Source: an uncultured candidatus Porisulfidus sp.
GTDB taxonomy: Bacteria > Pseudomonadota > Gammaproteobacteria > Poriferisulfidales > Poriferisulfidaceae
Direction of reading: 5' to 3'
Assembly: GCA_965204575.1 (NCBI GenBank)
Contig: OZ241993.1
Location: 1,241,674 to 1,305,673, forward strand
Length of the DNA stretch: 64,000 nucleotides
Part shown: in pieces, positions 9,086 to 18,002 of the stretch
How the letters are laid out: the number at the start of each line of letters is the position of its first letter
How positions within the stretch are numbered: the stretch's first letter is position 1
Notes under the pieces: generated by a model
Databases searched by the model: none
What the model saw: the letters and a program-made list of their open reading frames with translations, nothing else
What the model was told of the DNA's origin: nothing
Made by a program: the position numbers and the translations under genes

Positions 9086-9742
9086 TCAGCCCAGGTGCGT
9101 ACGCAGGAACTCGCCCAGCGCGGCGAATTCCTCCGCGGTGACCGTATGGGCGAACACCTCGCTGTACCAATCAACCGAGGCTCCGTGCCCGCGTAGCCAG
9201 TCGCGGCTGACTTCCCCGTATTCGTGGAGGACCACATCGTCCTGTGAGCCGTGTGCCATGAATACGGGGGCCTGCAGCGTGAGGTGATCGACTTGCTGTG
9301 TCAGGTATTCGTCCTGAGGCAGGTAGCCGGACAGGCAGATAGCGGCAGTCAGGGGTTCGGGGTGAGTCAGTGCGGAGAACAGGGCCAGCGCACCCCCTTG
9401 GGAGAATCCCCCGATCGCGAAACGGTTCACGCCGGTTTCGCGTTGCTGCGCGAATTCAGCATGGATGCGGCGTGTGCTTTCCTTCAGGCCGCCAAGGTCG
9501 CTGGTGACGCCGCCGCCCGGCTTCGGCAGGATATCGAACCAGGACGGGACGACTTGTCCTCCGAAGATCGTGACGGCCTGCAGCGGGGCCTGAAGTGCGA
9601 TCACGCGCAGGCCCGGGCACTGCAACTGGACGTTCAGGCCCGCAAAATCACTGGCGGTGGCGCCTAGGCCATGTAGCCAGATTAGCGCGGAGCGTGCCGG
9701 GCCGTCATCGGGTTCCAGGATTAAGGCGTCGGAGCGGCTCAT
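9086..9742 (-). CDS. Alpha/beta hydrolase, phospholipase/carboxylesterase family
   Basis: LIWLHGLGA and nucleophile elbow GGFSQGGALA. 218 aa. Confidence 0.8.
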   Translation of the reverse strand: MSRSDALILEPDDGPARSALIWLHGLGATASDFAGLNVQLQCPGLRVIALQAPLQAVTIFGGQVVPSWFDILPKPGGGVTSDLGGLKESTRRIHAEFAQQRETGVNRFAIGGFSQGGALALFSALTHPEPLTAAICLSGYLPQDEYLTQQVDHLTLQAPVFMAHGSQDDVVLHEYGEVSRDWLRGHGASVDWYSEVFAHTVTAEEFAALGEFLRTHLG

Positions 9743-9826
9743 GGGGAAGGGCCTGATCTTCCAGTGTGCGGCGGGATCCGGGCTTGGCGCATAGTATATT
9801 AGGCGCGCATTGACGGGAGAGAATTC

Positions 9827-9937
9827 ATGAGCGTTCTGCGATGGTTGTTTCTGGGCTTCGTATTGATCGGGGCGCAGGCCGGGTGCGGGCAGATGGGGCC
9901 GCTTGAGCCGCCGCCGGAGGCTGCGGCCGACGGTTAA
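9827..9937 (+). CDS. Small lipoprotein, LptM(YifL)-like, preceding lysA
   Basis: 36 aa: MSVLRWLFLGFVLIGAQAGCGQMGPLEPPPEAAADG, with lipobox AQAGC. GGGAGAG SD. TAATG overlap with the lysA start. Below the ORF-track size cutoff. Confidence 0.6.
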   Translation: MSVLRWLFLGFVLIGAQAGCGQMGPLEPPPEAAADG

Positions 9938-11187
9938 TGGAAGATTTCATTTACCAGGACGATCGGCTGCACGCCGAGTCGGTTCCGCTGGAGTTGATTG
10001 CCGAGGAGCATGGCACGCCATGCTTCGTGTATTCGGCTGCCGTAATGCGCCGCCGCATCGAAGAATTGCGCGCCGCCTTCTCCGGACAGTCCTGCCGTAT
10101 CTGCTACGCGGTCAAGGCCAACGGGAATCTCGCGGTATTGCAGCACTTGGCTCAGTTAGGCTGTGCGTTCGACCTCGTGTCCGGGGGCGAATTGGCGCGC
10201 GTGAAGGCGACGGGCGGTGATGTGTCCGCTTCTGTCTTTTCAGGTGTCGGCAAGACCGCGGAAGAGATCCGGCAAGCTTTGGACGCGGGCATCGGAGCCT
10301 TTCACGTGGAATCACCGAGCGAACTCGAACGGATTTCCCGCATTGCCCGGGAAATGGGGAAGGTGGCCCCGGTTTCCCTGCGCGTCAATCCGGCGATTGA
10401 GGTGGACACGCACCCGCATATCGCGACCGGGTTTCGCGGCAGCAAGTTCGGCATCCCGTGGGAGGAGGCGCTGGAGACCTACCGAATGGCGAACCGCCTG
10501 GATGGGCTGGAAATCCGCGGCGTAGCCTGCCACATCGGCTCCCAGCTGATTGATGCCGAGCCAATCGTCATGGCGGCGCGGCAGTTGGTGGGCCTGGCGG
10601 ACCAGTTGCGCGAAGAAGGGGTCGAACTGGAATATGTGGATGTCGGCGGAGGCTTGGGGATCTGTTACCAAGACGAAGAGTCGCCATCTCTCGATCCCTA
10701 TGCCGAGGGCCTGCGCGAGGCAATCGGGGATCGGCCCTTGTCCCTGATCATCGAACCGGGACGGTACGTGATGGGTAACGCAGGAATCCTGCTGACCCGC
10801 GTGGAGTACATCAAGCGCACCACCGACGGACATTTTGTCGTGGTGGATGCGGCCATGACCGAACTGATGCGCCCGGCCCTGTACGGGGCTTGGCATGCCA
10901 TCATGCCGGTCACTAGGGCCGAAGGGCGTGAACGCCTGAACTGCGACGTCGTGGGACCGGTGTGTGAAACGGGAGACTACTTGGGTCGTTCAAGACGCCT
11001 TGCGGTGGATGAGGGCGAGTTGCTCGCGGTGTTCTCCTGCGGAGCTTACGCGGCTTCCATGGGCAGTTCCTACAATGCCCGCCCGCCAGTCGCCGAGGTG
11101 ATGGTCGATGGGGGCCGGCACGATCTGGTTCGCCGCCGGGGAGAGGTGGACGAGTTGTATGTCGGCGAGACCCTTCGGCAGGGCTGA
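9937..11187 (+). CDS. lysA: Diaminopimelate decarboxylase
   Basis: PLP-lysine motif CYAVKANGN. 416 aa. Confidence 0.95.
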   Translation: MEDFIYQDDRLHAESVPLELIAEEHGTPCFVYSAAVMRRRIEELRAAFSGQSCRICYAVKANGNLAVLQHLAQLGCAFDLVSGGELARVKATGGDVSASVFSGVGKTAEEIRQALDAGIGAFHVESPSELERISRIAREMGKVAPVSLRVNPAIEVDTHPHIATGFRGSKFGIPWEEALETYRMANRLDGLEIRGVACHIGSQLIDAEPIVMAARQLVGLADQLREEGVELEYVDVGGGLGICYQDEESPSLDPYAEGLREAIGDRPLSLIIEPGRYVMGNAGILLTRVEYIKRTTDGHFVVVDAAMTELMRPALYGAWHAIMPVTRAEGRERLNCDVVGPVCETGDYLGRSRRLAVDEGELLAVFSCGAYAASMGSSYNARPPVAEVMVDGGRHDLVRRRGEVDELYVGETLRQG

Positions 11188-11221
11188 GCCTGTAAAATAG
11201 GAATTTTGCGGTGAACGCCCC

Positions 11222-12064
11222 ATGTCGAAAATCCCCATGATCGTCCGTACGGCAGCTTTTCTGCTCCTGTTTTCCGTCCCCTTGGCGTGGGCGGAATGTT
11301 CCCGGGACGACATTCAGTTCTATCTGGACAAGGGCTTCACGACCAAGCAGGTTACGCTGCTGTGCTCGAAGCCGGCCGGCGAAGGGAAGAAGAAGTACCG
11401 CGCATACACCGAAGAGTACGTGGACCGGCAGGACCAGGAGTATCAGTCGCGGATGCGGGTGGAACGCGAGGCGGCCTTGCGCAACTCGATCGAAGCGATA
11501 GACATCCGGCTTGAAAGGGGCTACCTGTACTACGTCCGCCCGCAGTGCGTCAGCGAAGGGGTCGAGAAGGACCGCGCGTTCGGGCTCAAGTCTTGTCCGA
11601 ACATCCGCTACCGGATCAAGCTGGCGGGGCTGAAGGTCGACGAGAAAGAACATAAAAAGCGATTCCTGTTCGGGCAGAAGATGGTTCGGGTCACGGGGCA
11701 GATCAAGCGTCAGGAGATGCCGGGCGCCTTCGCCGACATTCCGGACGAGTACTGGCGGAATGTCCTGCGCAAGAGGCTGGAGAAAGGGAATTCGACCAAG
11801 ATCCCGCTGCGCAGCGGCGTGGACTTTCACTTCGCGCGTGGCGCGCTGAAAGACATCGCGGAGTTCGAGACCGAGCGCGACCAGCAATTGGCCGGGCATC
11901 GGAGCGAAGCCGCAGAAGATGGCGTCTTCGATGATTTGGGCGAGATGCTTGAAAGCGGGACCGGGAGGGAATCGGAGGGCGGATCCGACCAGCCTGCGGA
12001 TGAAGGCGAAAGCGCGGCCGAAGAAGAAGACTTGTTCGACGCCCTGGACGAGATGTTCAACTGA
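11222..12064 (+). CDS. Secreted hypothetical protein with acidic C-terminal tail
   Basis: Signal peptide MSKIPMIVRTAAFLLLFSVPLAWA. C-terminus EGESAAEEEDLFDALDEMFN. No family recognised. Confidence 0.6.
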   Translation: MSKIPMIVRTAAFLLLFSVPLAWAECSRDDIQFYLDKGFTTKQVTLLCSKPAGEGKKKYRAYTEEYVDRQDQEYQSRMRVEREAALRNSIEAIDIRLERGYLYYVRPQCVSEGVEKDRAFGLKSCPNIRYRIKLAGLKVDEKEHKKRFLFGQKMVRVTGQIKRQEMPGAFADIPDEYWRNVLRKRLEKGNSTKIPLRSGVDFHFARGALKDIAEFETERDQQLAGHRSEAAEDGVFDDLGEMLESGTGRESEGGSDQPADEGESAAEEEDLFDALDEMFN

Positions 12065-12162
12065 TCGTGAAGGGACTGAATTGGCCCGCGCAAAGATTTG
12101 TTGCGGGTGGAACAAGAACTGCAATCGCAAAACCTTGATTGATTTGACTCTTAGATTTTCAA

Positions 12163-12179
12163 GTTGACAGGACGTCAAC
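12163..12179. promoter_or_regulatory. Palindrome GTTGAC-N5-GTCAAC upstream of aprB
   Basis: gttgacaggacgtcaac, 23 nt upstream of the aprB ATG. Contains TTGACA. Confidence 0.25.
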
Positions 12180-12201
12180 GAAACAGACAGCCAAGGGGTA
12201 A

Positions 12202-12669
12202 TTGATGCCGACTTTCGTACGCACCGACAGATGCGATGGATGCCAGAGCCAGGAGAAGCCGGCCTGCATGTACATTTGCCCCCACGACCTGATGTACCTG
12301 GACAAGGACGGTTCCAAGACCGGCCATGCCATGAAGGCGTACAACCAGGAGCCCGAACAGTGCTGGGAGTGCTACGCCTGCGTCAAGATCTGCCCGCAAC
12401 AGGCGATCGAATGCCGCCACTACGCGGATGTCGTTCCGCTGGGCGCTTCGGTGCAGCCGTTGCGCGGGACCGATTCCATCCTGTGGACCATCAAGTTCCG
12501 CAATGGCACCACGAAGCGCTTCACGTTCCCGGTCCGCACGACACCGGAAGGCTCGGCCGACCCATACGGCGGCGAGAACGAGGCGGTGATATCGGAAGGC
12601 AAGGACCACAGCACGCTGTTCACCAAAAGGACGCACAGTTGCGACATGTCGCAGTTCGTGGCCGGCTGA
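12202..12669 (+). CDS. aprB: Adenylylsulfate (APS) reductase beta subunit
   Basis: Two ferredoxin-like Cys clusters (CDGCQSQEKPACMYICP, CWECYACVKICP) and the AprB-type C-terminal tail. 155 aa. Confidence 0.9.
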   Translation: MMPTFVRTDRCDGCQSQEKPACMYICPHDLMYLDKDGSKTGHAMKAYNQEPEQCWECYACVKICPQQAIECRHYADVVPLGASVQPLRGTDSILWTIKFRNGTTKRFTFPVRTTPEGSADPYGGENEAVISEGKDHSTLFTKRTHSCDMSQFVAG

Positions 12670-12684
12670 TCGGATTGCAGGATC

Positions 12685-14652
12685 ATGGGAGAGTTTGGAA
12701 ATCCTGAAATCGTAGAAGAAGAGGTCGACATTCTCATCATCGGCGGCGGCATGGCTTGCTGCGGCGCGGCATTCGAGATCTCGCGCTGGGTGGAAAAGGC
12801 CCGCGAGGAAGGGGCCGACCTCAAGGTCAAACTGGTCGACAAGGCGGCAATCAGTCGCTCTGGCGCCGTCGCGCAGGGCCTGTCCGCGATCAACACCTAC
12901 ATGGGCGAGAACGACCCGTCGGACTATGTCCGCTACGTTCGTGGCGACCTGATGGGCATCGTGCGCGAGGATCTCGTGTACGACGTCGGTCGGCACGTTG
13001 ACGACTCGGTTTACAACTTTGAGAAGTGGGGTCTTCCGATCTGGAAGCAGCGCGGGGACGAAGGCAAGCCGCTGGTCGACGGCGGCAGGCCGGTCCGCAC
13101 CGGACGCTGGCAGATCATGATCAACGGCGAATCCTACAAGTGGATCGTGGCCGAGGCCGCCAGGAAGGCTCTGGGCACCGAGAATATCGAGGAACACGTT
13201 TTCATCGTTCGCCTGGTGACTGACAGGAACGATCCGAACCGGGTGGCCGGCGCGGCGGGCTTCAGCGTGCGCGACAACCGTCTCGTCGTCTACCGCTTCA
13301 AGTGCTGCCTGCTGGCCTGCGGCGGCGCCGTCAACGTGTTCCGTCCGCGTTCCGTGGGCGAGGGTACCGGACGGGCCTGGTACCCGGTGTGGAACGCCGG
13401 CTCCACCTATTCGATCGCGGCCGAGTGTGGCGCGGAACTGACCATGATGGAGAACCGCTTCGTGCCTGCCCGCTTCAAGGACGGCTACGGCCCGGTGGGC
13501 GCCTGGTTCCTGTTGTTCAAGGCCAAGTCCATGAATGCGCTCGGCGAGAATTATCAGGCCAAGAATGTCGAGGATCTCAAGACTTACGGCTACGACGCCT
13601 ACGCCAAGGGCCCCAAAATCGGGACCTGCCTGCGCAATCACATGATGATGAAGGAGTTGAAGGAAGGCCGCGGCCCGATCTTCATTGATACTCCTTCCGC
13701 GATGGCGCAGTTGGCGGCGAACATGACGCCGGAGGAGATCAAGCATCTTGAGGCCGAGGCTTGGGAGGATTTCCTCGACATGACCATCGCCCAATGCGGC
13801 GTCTGGGCTGGCGAGAACATCGAGCCGGACAAGGAAATGTCCGAGATCATGCCGACCGAACCCTATTTGCTGGGCTCGCATGCCGGCTGTGCCGGTATCT
13901 GGGTGTCCGGTCCCGAGGATATCCCGGGAACCCCCGGCCATTACCACTGGGGCTACAACCGGATGACCACCGTGGCGGGTCTGTTCACTGCCGGAGATGG
14001 CGTGGGCGCTTCCGGGCACAAGTTCTCCAGCGGCTCGCATTCCGAGGGGCGAATCGCGGCCAAGGCCATGGTGCAGTACGTGCTTGACCACCCGGAGCTC
14101 AAGCCCGAACTGGGACGCCCGGTGGAGGACATCGTGGAAGAGGTCTACCGCCCGGTGCGCAACTTCCTTGAACACAAGGACGACACCACGGCGATCGACG
14201 TCAACCCGAACTACATCACGCCGAAGATGTTCCAGTTCCGCCTGCAGAAAATCATGGATGAGTACGTGGCTGGCGTCTCGACCCTGTACCAGACCAACAA
14301 GGTCATGCTGGATCTGGCCGAGAAGAAGCTGGAAATGTTGCGCGAGGATTCGCTGAAGATGCGGGCGAAGGACCTGCACGAACTTCTACGGGCCTGGGAG
14401 AACTACCACCGCCTGATCGCGGCGTTCGCGCACATGAAGCATATCCAGTTCCGCGAGGAAACCCGCTATCCGGGCTACTACTACCGGGCGGACTACATGG
14501 ACATCGACGACGAGAACTGGAAGTGTTTCGTCAACTCGAAGTTTGATCGGCACACCGGGGAATGGACTCTGCGGAAAGTCCCGTATGTGCAATTGATCCG
14601 AGTGTCTGAGGACGAGCCGGCCGGAATGTCCCGCCCTGGCAGCGACTGCTGA
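12685..14652 (+). CDS. aprA: Adenylylsulfate (APS) reductase alpha subunit (FAD)
   Basis: FAD-binding N-terminus DILIIGGGMACCGAAFE. 655 aa, directly after aprB. Confidence 0.9.
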   Translation: MGEFGNPEIVEEEVDILIIGGGMACCGAAFEISRWVEKAREEGADLKVKLVDKAAISRSGAVAQGLSAINTYMGENDPSDYVRYVRGDLMGIVREDLVYDVGRHVDDSVYNFEKWGLPIWKQRGDEGKPLVDGGRPVRTGRWQIMINGESYKWIVAEAARKALGTENIEEHVFIVRLVTDRNDPNRVAGAAGFSVRDNRLVVYRFKCCLLACGGAVNVFRPRSVGEGTGRAWYPVWNAGSTYSIAAECGAELTMMENRFVPARFKDGYGPVGAWFLLFKAKSMNALGENYQAKNVEDLKTYGYDAYAKGPKIGTCLRNHMMMKELKEGRGPIFIDTPSAMAQLAANMTPEEIKHLEAEAWEDFLDMTIAQCGVWAGENIEPDKEMSEIMPTEPYLLGSHAGCAGIWVSGPEDIPGTPGHYHWGYNRMTTVAGLFTAGDGVGASGHKFSSGSHSEGRIAAKAMVQYVLDHPELKPELGRPVEDIVEEVYRPVRNFLEHKDDTTAIDVNPNYITPKMFQFRLQKIMDEYVAGVSTLYQTNKVMLDLAEKKLEMLREDSLKMRAKDLHELLRAWENYHRLIAAFAHMKHIQFREETRYPGYYYRADYMDIDDENWKCFVNSKFDRHTGEWTLRKVPYVQLIRVSEDEPAGMSRPGSDC

Positions 14653-14664
14653 CGTTTTAAGCTA

Positions 14665-14700
14665 GGGCAGGCGCCCGGCTTCCTTCCCTTTTTCTTTTAA
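14665..14700 (+). terminator. Possible intrinsic terminator after aprA
   Basis: Imperfect stem gggcagg...ccttccc followed by tttttctttt. Confidence 0.3.
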
Positions 14701-14714
14701 GCGACAATCCCCCC

Positions 14715-15044
14715 ATGGACATGCGGCAGAACATCACGGGCAAGTTGCAGGCGCAACTGGCGCCGGCGTACCTGAATGTGGAGGATGAGAGCCACATGCA
14801 CAATGTTCCGCCAGGGGCGCAATCGCATTTCAAGGTGACGGTGGTCGCGGCGGAGTTCTCCGGGCAGTCGCTGGTGAACCGGCACCGGCGGGTAAACCGG
14901 ATCCTGGCCGAGGAGCTGGCGGGGTCGGTGCATGCGCTGGCCTTGCACACCCTGAGTGAAGAGGAATGGCAGGCCGACCCGGACGTGCCGGACAGCCCAC
15001 CGTGTCGCGGCGGCTCGAAGGTTCAGCCCAAGTCGCCGACCTGA
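14715..15044 (+). CDS. bolA: BolA family protein
   Basis: LNVEDESHMHNVPPGAQSHFKVTVVAAEFSGQSLVNRHRRVNRIL is typical BolA. 109 aa. Confidence 0.85.
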   Translation: MDMRQNITGKLQAQLAPAYLNVEDESHMHNVPPGAQSHFKVTVVAAEFSGQSLVNRHRRVNRILAEELAGSVHALALHTLSEEEWQADPDVPDSPPCRGGSKVQPKSPT

Positions 15045-15301
15045 CGGAACCCGTCGACCGGCTCCAGGACCTCAATCTCGCAGACTGCGCCCGGCTCCAG
15101 GGCGAACCAGTCGCCGCCGCGCAGTTCGACGGGAGCCTGGCCTTCCGCGTGGATCCGCAGGCGGCCGTCGAACAGGACGTATTCTTCGTGTGTGACCGCC
15201 TTGCGGGCGGTCCGCCCCACCGGCGCATTCCATTCCGGCCAGTCTTCCACCGCCCAGACTTCGAGTTTGCCGGGCGGCACCCGTTGCTCGTAACGGATCA
15301 C
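15023..15301 (-). CDS. Small cupin-domain protein (DUF861/EutQ-like)
   Basis: 92 aa. HEEYVLFDGRLRIHAEGQAPVELRGGDWFALEPG is a cupin-like beta-barrel pattern. 4-nt overlap with the upstream TPR gene. Confidence 0.55.
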   Translation of the reverse strand: MIRYEQRVPPGKLEVWAVEDWPEWNAPVGRTARKAVTHEEYVLFDGRLRIHAEGQAPVELRGGDWFALEPGAVCEIEVLEPVDGFRQVGDLG

Positions 15302-16080
15302 GGTTGGCCGAGTCTGGCAGGGTTTCGAGGCGGCTTTGGCGGATGAGCCTCGAGATCTTCCAGAAGTTCGACTGCCGACTCATGGGTGATGCGGTCGTAG
15401 GCATCCATTGACGGCACCTCGACCGCACGGGCGAGAAGGTCCCGCGCCTGCGCGTGGTTCGAGTTCCGGTCCAACAGCAGGAGCCCGTACGCATACTGGA
15501 AAAGCGCAAGCTTGTCGCGAGGCGCGAGTTCGAGGGCCCGTTCGAAGTGGGCGAGCGCCTCGTCCGGGCTGGCACCGTAGAGGATGCCTGCCATGATCCC
15601 TCCCCGGTGGCGGGCCTCCGCATGCCAGGAGCCAAGGCTGAAGTGGGCGGAGGCCATGTCCGGTTCAATCCGAAGCGCCTCCTCGAGCGCCTCGCGTACT
15701 TTTTCTGGATATCCTTGGTCGAGCGCTACCGTGAGGGCGACGGTTTGCGTGTGTCGCCCCAGGGCATGCGCCAGCTGGAGGTAAGCCTCCGGATTGCGGG
15801 GGTCCAGCCGCACCGCCTGTTCTGCCAATTGCGCCGCCTGCCTGAGCAGGACCTGCTTCTCGTCATCTTTTGCCAAGTGATAGCCATGGATCGCCAGGGA
15901 TTGTGCCGCAAAGGCATAACCTTCGGAGGTTTTGAGAGCTTCGGCAAGTTCAGCCGCCTCGACGAATCTCCCTTCGGCGAAAGCGGCGCGCGCCGCTTCG
16001 ATCGATTGAGCATTAGCGGCACTTGCCAGAAGAGCCGCGCACGCGATTGTCAGACAGGCCAGGGCCGGAGCCTTGTTCAT
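15298..16080 (-). CDS. Secreted TPR-repeat protein
   Basis: Signal peptide MNKAPALACLTIACAALLASAANA, followed by repeated A/L/Y-rich helical repeats. Confidence 0.65.
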   Translation of the reverse strand: MNKAPALACLTIACAALLASAANAQSIEAARAAFAEGRFVEAAELAEALKTSEGYAFAAQSLAIHGYHLAKDDEKQVLLRQAAQLAEQAVRLDPRNPEAYLQLAHALGRHTQTVALTVALDQGYPEKVREALEEALRIEPDMASAHFSLGSWHAEARHRGGIMAGILYGASPDEALAHFERALELAPRDKLALFQYAYGLLLLDRNSNHAQARDLLARAVEVPSMDAYDRITHESAVELLEDLEAHPPKPPRNPARLGQP

Positions 16081-16481
16081 CGGGTGTCCTCGTTCTGGGA
16101 GAAAGCTTCAGGCTTGGCGCTGAGCGCCCGCCTCATCTGGGCCTCAGTGACGGGCAGTTCCAGTGCCGCATGGAAGTCGTAACGCCCCTTGATCCGCCCG
16201 AATTGTTTTCGGTGCTCGGGTTCCATGATGACCAGGGTCTGGATTCCGGGGGTTCTTTGAACCAGCGCGATCATTGACTCCAGGCTGCTGGTGCGGTCGC
16301 GGAAGTCGGACTGGAAATTGAATTCGCAGACGATGACGTCGGGAGGCTGCCGCTTGATGCTGGCTAGTGCCTTGCGCATGGACGCGCAGACCTCGACCGA
16401 AAAATCCAGTTGCCGGTACAACGGCGTGAAATCGGGGTAGCCGCCCAGCTCGATGATGGCGAGCAGGCGGCGCGCACTCAT
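16077..16481 (-). CDS. Degenerate response-regulator receiver-like protein
   Basis: 134 aa with a CheY-like alternating pattern. The acidic pocket reads IIELGG and the phospho-acceptor position reads VIVCEFNF (Glu instead of Asp), by eye alignment. Confidence 0.45.
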   Translation of the reverse strand: MSARRLLAIIELGGYPDFTPLYRQLDFSVEVCASMRKALASIKRQPPDVIVCEFNFQSDFRDRTSSLESMIALVQRTPGIQTLVIMEPEHRKQFGRIKGRYDFHAALELPVTEAQMRRALSAKPEAFSQNEDTR

Positions 16482-17056
16482 GCGCTGTTCTCGGCCTGGG
16501 CTCCGGCCCCTGGATGGGGCGCGATGGTTCCGGTATGCACCCGGCCGTTGCCGGGCCCGTGTTCCAAGTACAGTTCAAGGTTCGCCCGGATGACGTCGAA
16601 GGCGATGGCGTCCCAGGGGATTTCGTCTGGTGCGACCAGTTCGGTCTGGGAGGATTCCGGGCCGGGCTCCGCCTTGCCGCCGACCAGCGTCCCGCAATAC
16701 ATGGAGTAGATCTGCGAAATATGCGGGAGGCTGTACATGGAGAACAGCTGGATGTCCTCGATTGCCGCATTGGCTTCCTCCATGCACTCGCGGCGGGCGC
16801 ATTCCTCGACCGTCTCATGGTTTTCCATGAAGCCGGCGGGGAGCGTCCACAATCCGAACTTGGGTTTAATGGCGCGCTTGCACAACAGGATTTTCCCCTC
16901 CCATTCCAGAATGGCACCGGCGACCATCAACGGATTTTGGTAGATGATGTAGCCGCAGCGCCCGCACACGTTCCGGCGTTTGGTGTCGCCGGGCGGAATC
17001 CGGTATTCGAGGCTGCCGGCGCCGCACTGCGGGCAGTAGAGGGGTTTGGCGTACAT
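16478..17056 (-). CDS. NUDIX hydrolase with N-terminal zinc ribbon
   Basis: CPQCG...CGRCG, then Nudix box GFMENHETVEECARRECMEEANA. Start moved to the ATG at 17056, because the track N-terminal extension overlaps the rhodanese gene. Confidence 0.8.
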   Translation of the reverse strand: MYAKPLYCPQCGAGSLEYRIPPGDTKRRNVCGRCGYIIYQNPLMVAGAILEWEGKILLCKRAIKPKFGLWTLPAGFMENHETVEECARRECMEEANAAIEDIQLFSMYSLPHISQIYSMYCGTLVGGKAEPGPESSQTELVAPDEIPWDAIAFDVIRANLELYLEHGPGNGRVHTGTIAPHPGAGAQAENSA

Positions 17057-17069
17057 GGGGTCTCCCGTA

Positions 17070-17912
17070 TCAGGTGTTTCCGGTGGCGATGGGACGTGCA
17101 GGGTCCCGAATCCATTCGCTCCACGAGCCGACGTATAGCCGGCCCGGTTCCAGCCCGGCATGCGCCATGGCCAGGAAGTTGTGACAGGCGGTGACGCCGG
17201 AACCGCATGAGTGACAGACGGGCCGGGGATCGTCGGCCAGCGGTTCAAACCGCTGGCGCAGGGCTTCCAGCGGTTTGAAACATCCGTTTTCGTCAAGATT
17301 TTCCTGGAACGGCAGGTTCCGGGAGCCGGGGATGTGCCCGCCTACGGCATCAAGTGGCTCGTACTGCCCGGAAAACCGCTCGGGTGCGCGTGCGTCGATG
17401 AGTTGAACCCGATCCTGGTCCAGGGAGTCCACCACGGCCTCGGTGGTCAGCCACAGGTCTTCCTGCGGTGAGGCAGCATAGGGAGTTTCCGACTCAGGCG
17501 GTATCTCGTCCGACACCGGACGGCCTTCACGCATCCACTTGGGCCAGCCGCCGTTGAGCAGGGCGGCGTTCGAATGCCCGGACCAGCGCAGCAGCCACCA
17601 CATTCGTCCGGCGATCGCCCCGCCCATGTCGTCGTAGACCACGACCTGTGAATCCGCCTGGATGCCCCAGGCTCCAAGCCGGGCTGCAAATGCGTCGATG
17701 GCGGGCAGCGGGTGCCGGCCGCTGTTTTCGTTAGCATGGGAAGCCATGTCGTCGTCAAGATGCGCATAGTGCGCGCCTGGGACGTGACTTTCCCGCCACG
17801 CCTCGCGGCCGGCCTCCGGACGCTTGAGGTTGAAGCGGCAATCCAGCACGACCAACTCGGGTGTCCCAAGCAGGTCCGCTAACTGCGCCGTCTCAATCAG
17901 GGTCGAATACAT
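17070..17912 (-). CDS. sseA: 3-mercaptopyruvate/thiosulfate sulfurtransferase (tandem rhodanese)
   Basis: Active-site loop CHSCGSGVTAC (CGSGVTA type). ATG at 17912 is preceded by GAGGG. The GTG at 17933 is an alternative. Confidence 0.8.
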   Translation of the reverse strand: MYSTLIETAQLADLLGTPELVVLDCRFNLKRPEAGREAWRESHVPGAHYAHLDDDMASHANENSGRHPLPAIDAFAARLGAWGIQADSQVVVYDDMGGAIAGRMWWLLRWSGHSNAALLNGGWPKWMREGRPVSDEIPPESETPYAASPQEDLWLTTEAVVDSLDQDRVQLIDARAPERFSGQYEPLDAVGGHIPGSRNLPFQENLDENGCFKPLEALRQRFEPLADDPRPVCHSCGSGVTACHNFLAMAHAGLEPGRLYVGSWSEWIRDPARPIATGNT

Positions 17913-18002
17913 AATGTTGTCCCTCGCGATCACCCGGAAGATTTACGCATCGAAAATCAGAGAATGACAAGTGCCAGCAATTATAGCGACTGTTCCTCGC
18001 GG

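Noticed and set aside
12163-12179. FNR/CRP-type binding site upstream of aprB
   Set aside because: The half-site spacing is TTGA-N7-TCAA rather than the canonical TTGA-N6-TCAA. It is kept only as an unassigned palindrome.
12175-14379. 734-aa ORF on the minus strand. The same applies to other very long antisense or alternate-frame ORFs: 35122..37800, 10913..12178, 7493..8566, 22316..23563, 37475..38959, 40469..41887, 46013..47452, 46107..47513, 50971..52308, 60832..62184 and 39603..40658.
   Set aside because: Each lies opposite, or out of frame with, a gene that has clear family motifs (aprA, ahcY/gshB, lysA, argH, lldD-like, pyrB/pyrC', ALDH, alkB-like, nrdB). Their translations are Arg/Pro/Gly/Ala-rich low-complexity strings, typical of stop-codon-poor shadow frames in high-GC DNA.
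16478-17296. Full 272-aa track ORF for the Nudix gene
   Set aside because: The first 80 codons overlap the rhodanese gene 3' end out of frame and read as Pro/Trp/Arg-rich junk. The zinc-ribbon N-terminus begins at the ATG at 17056.
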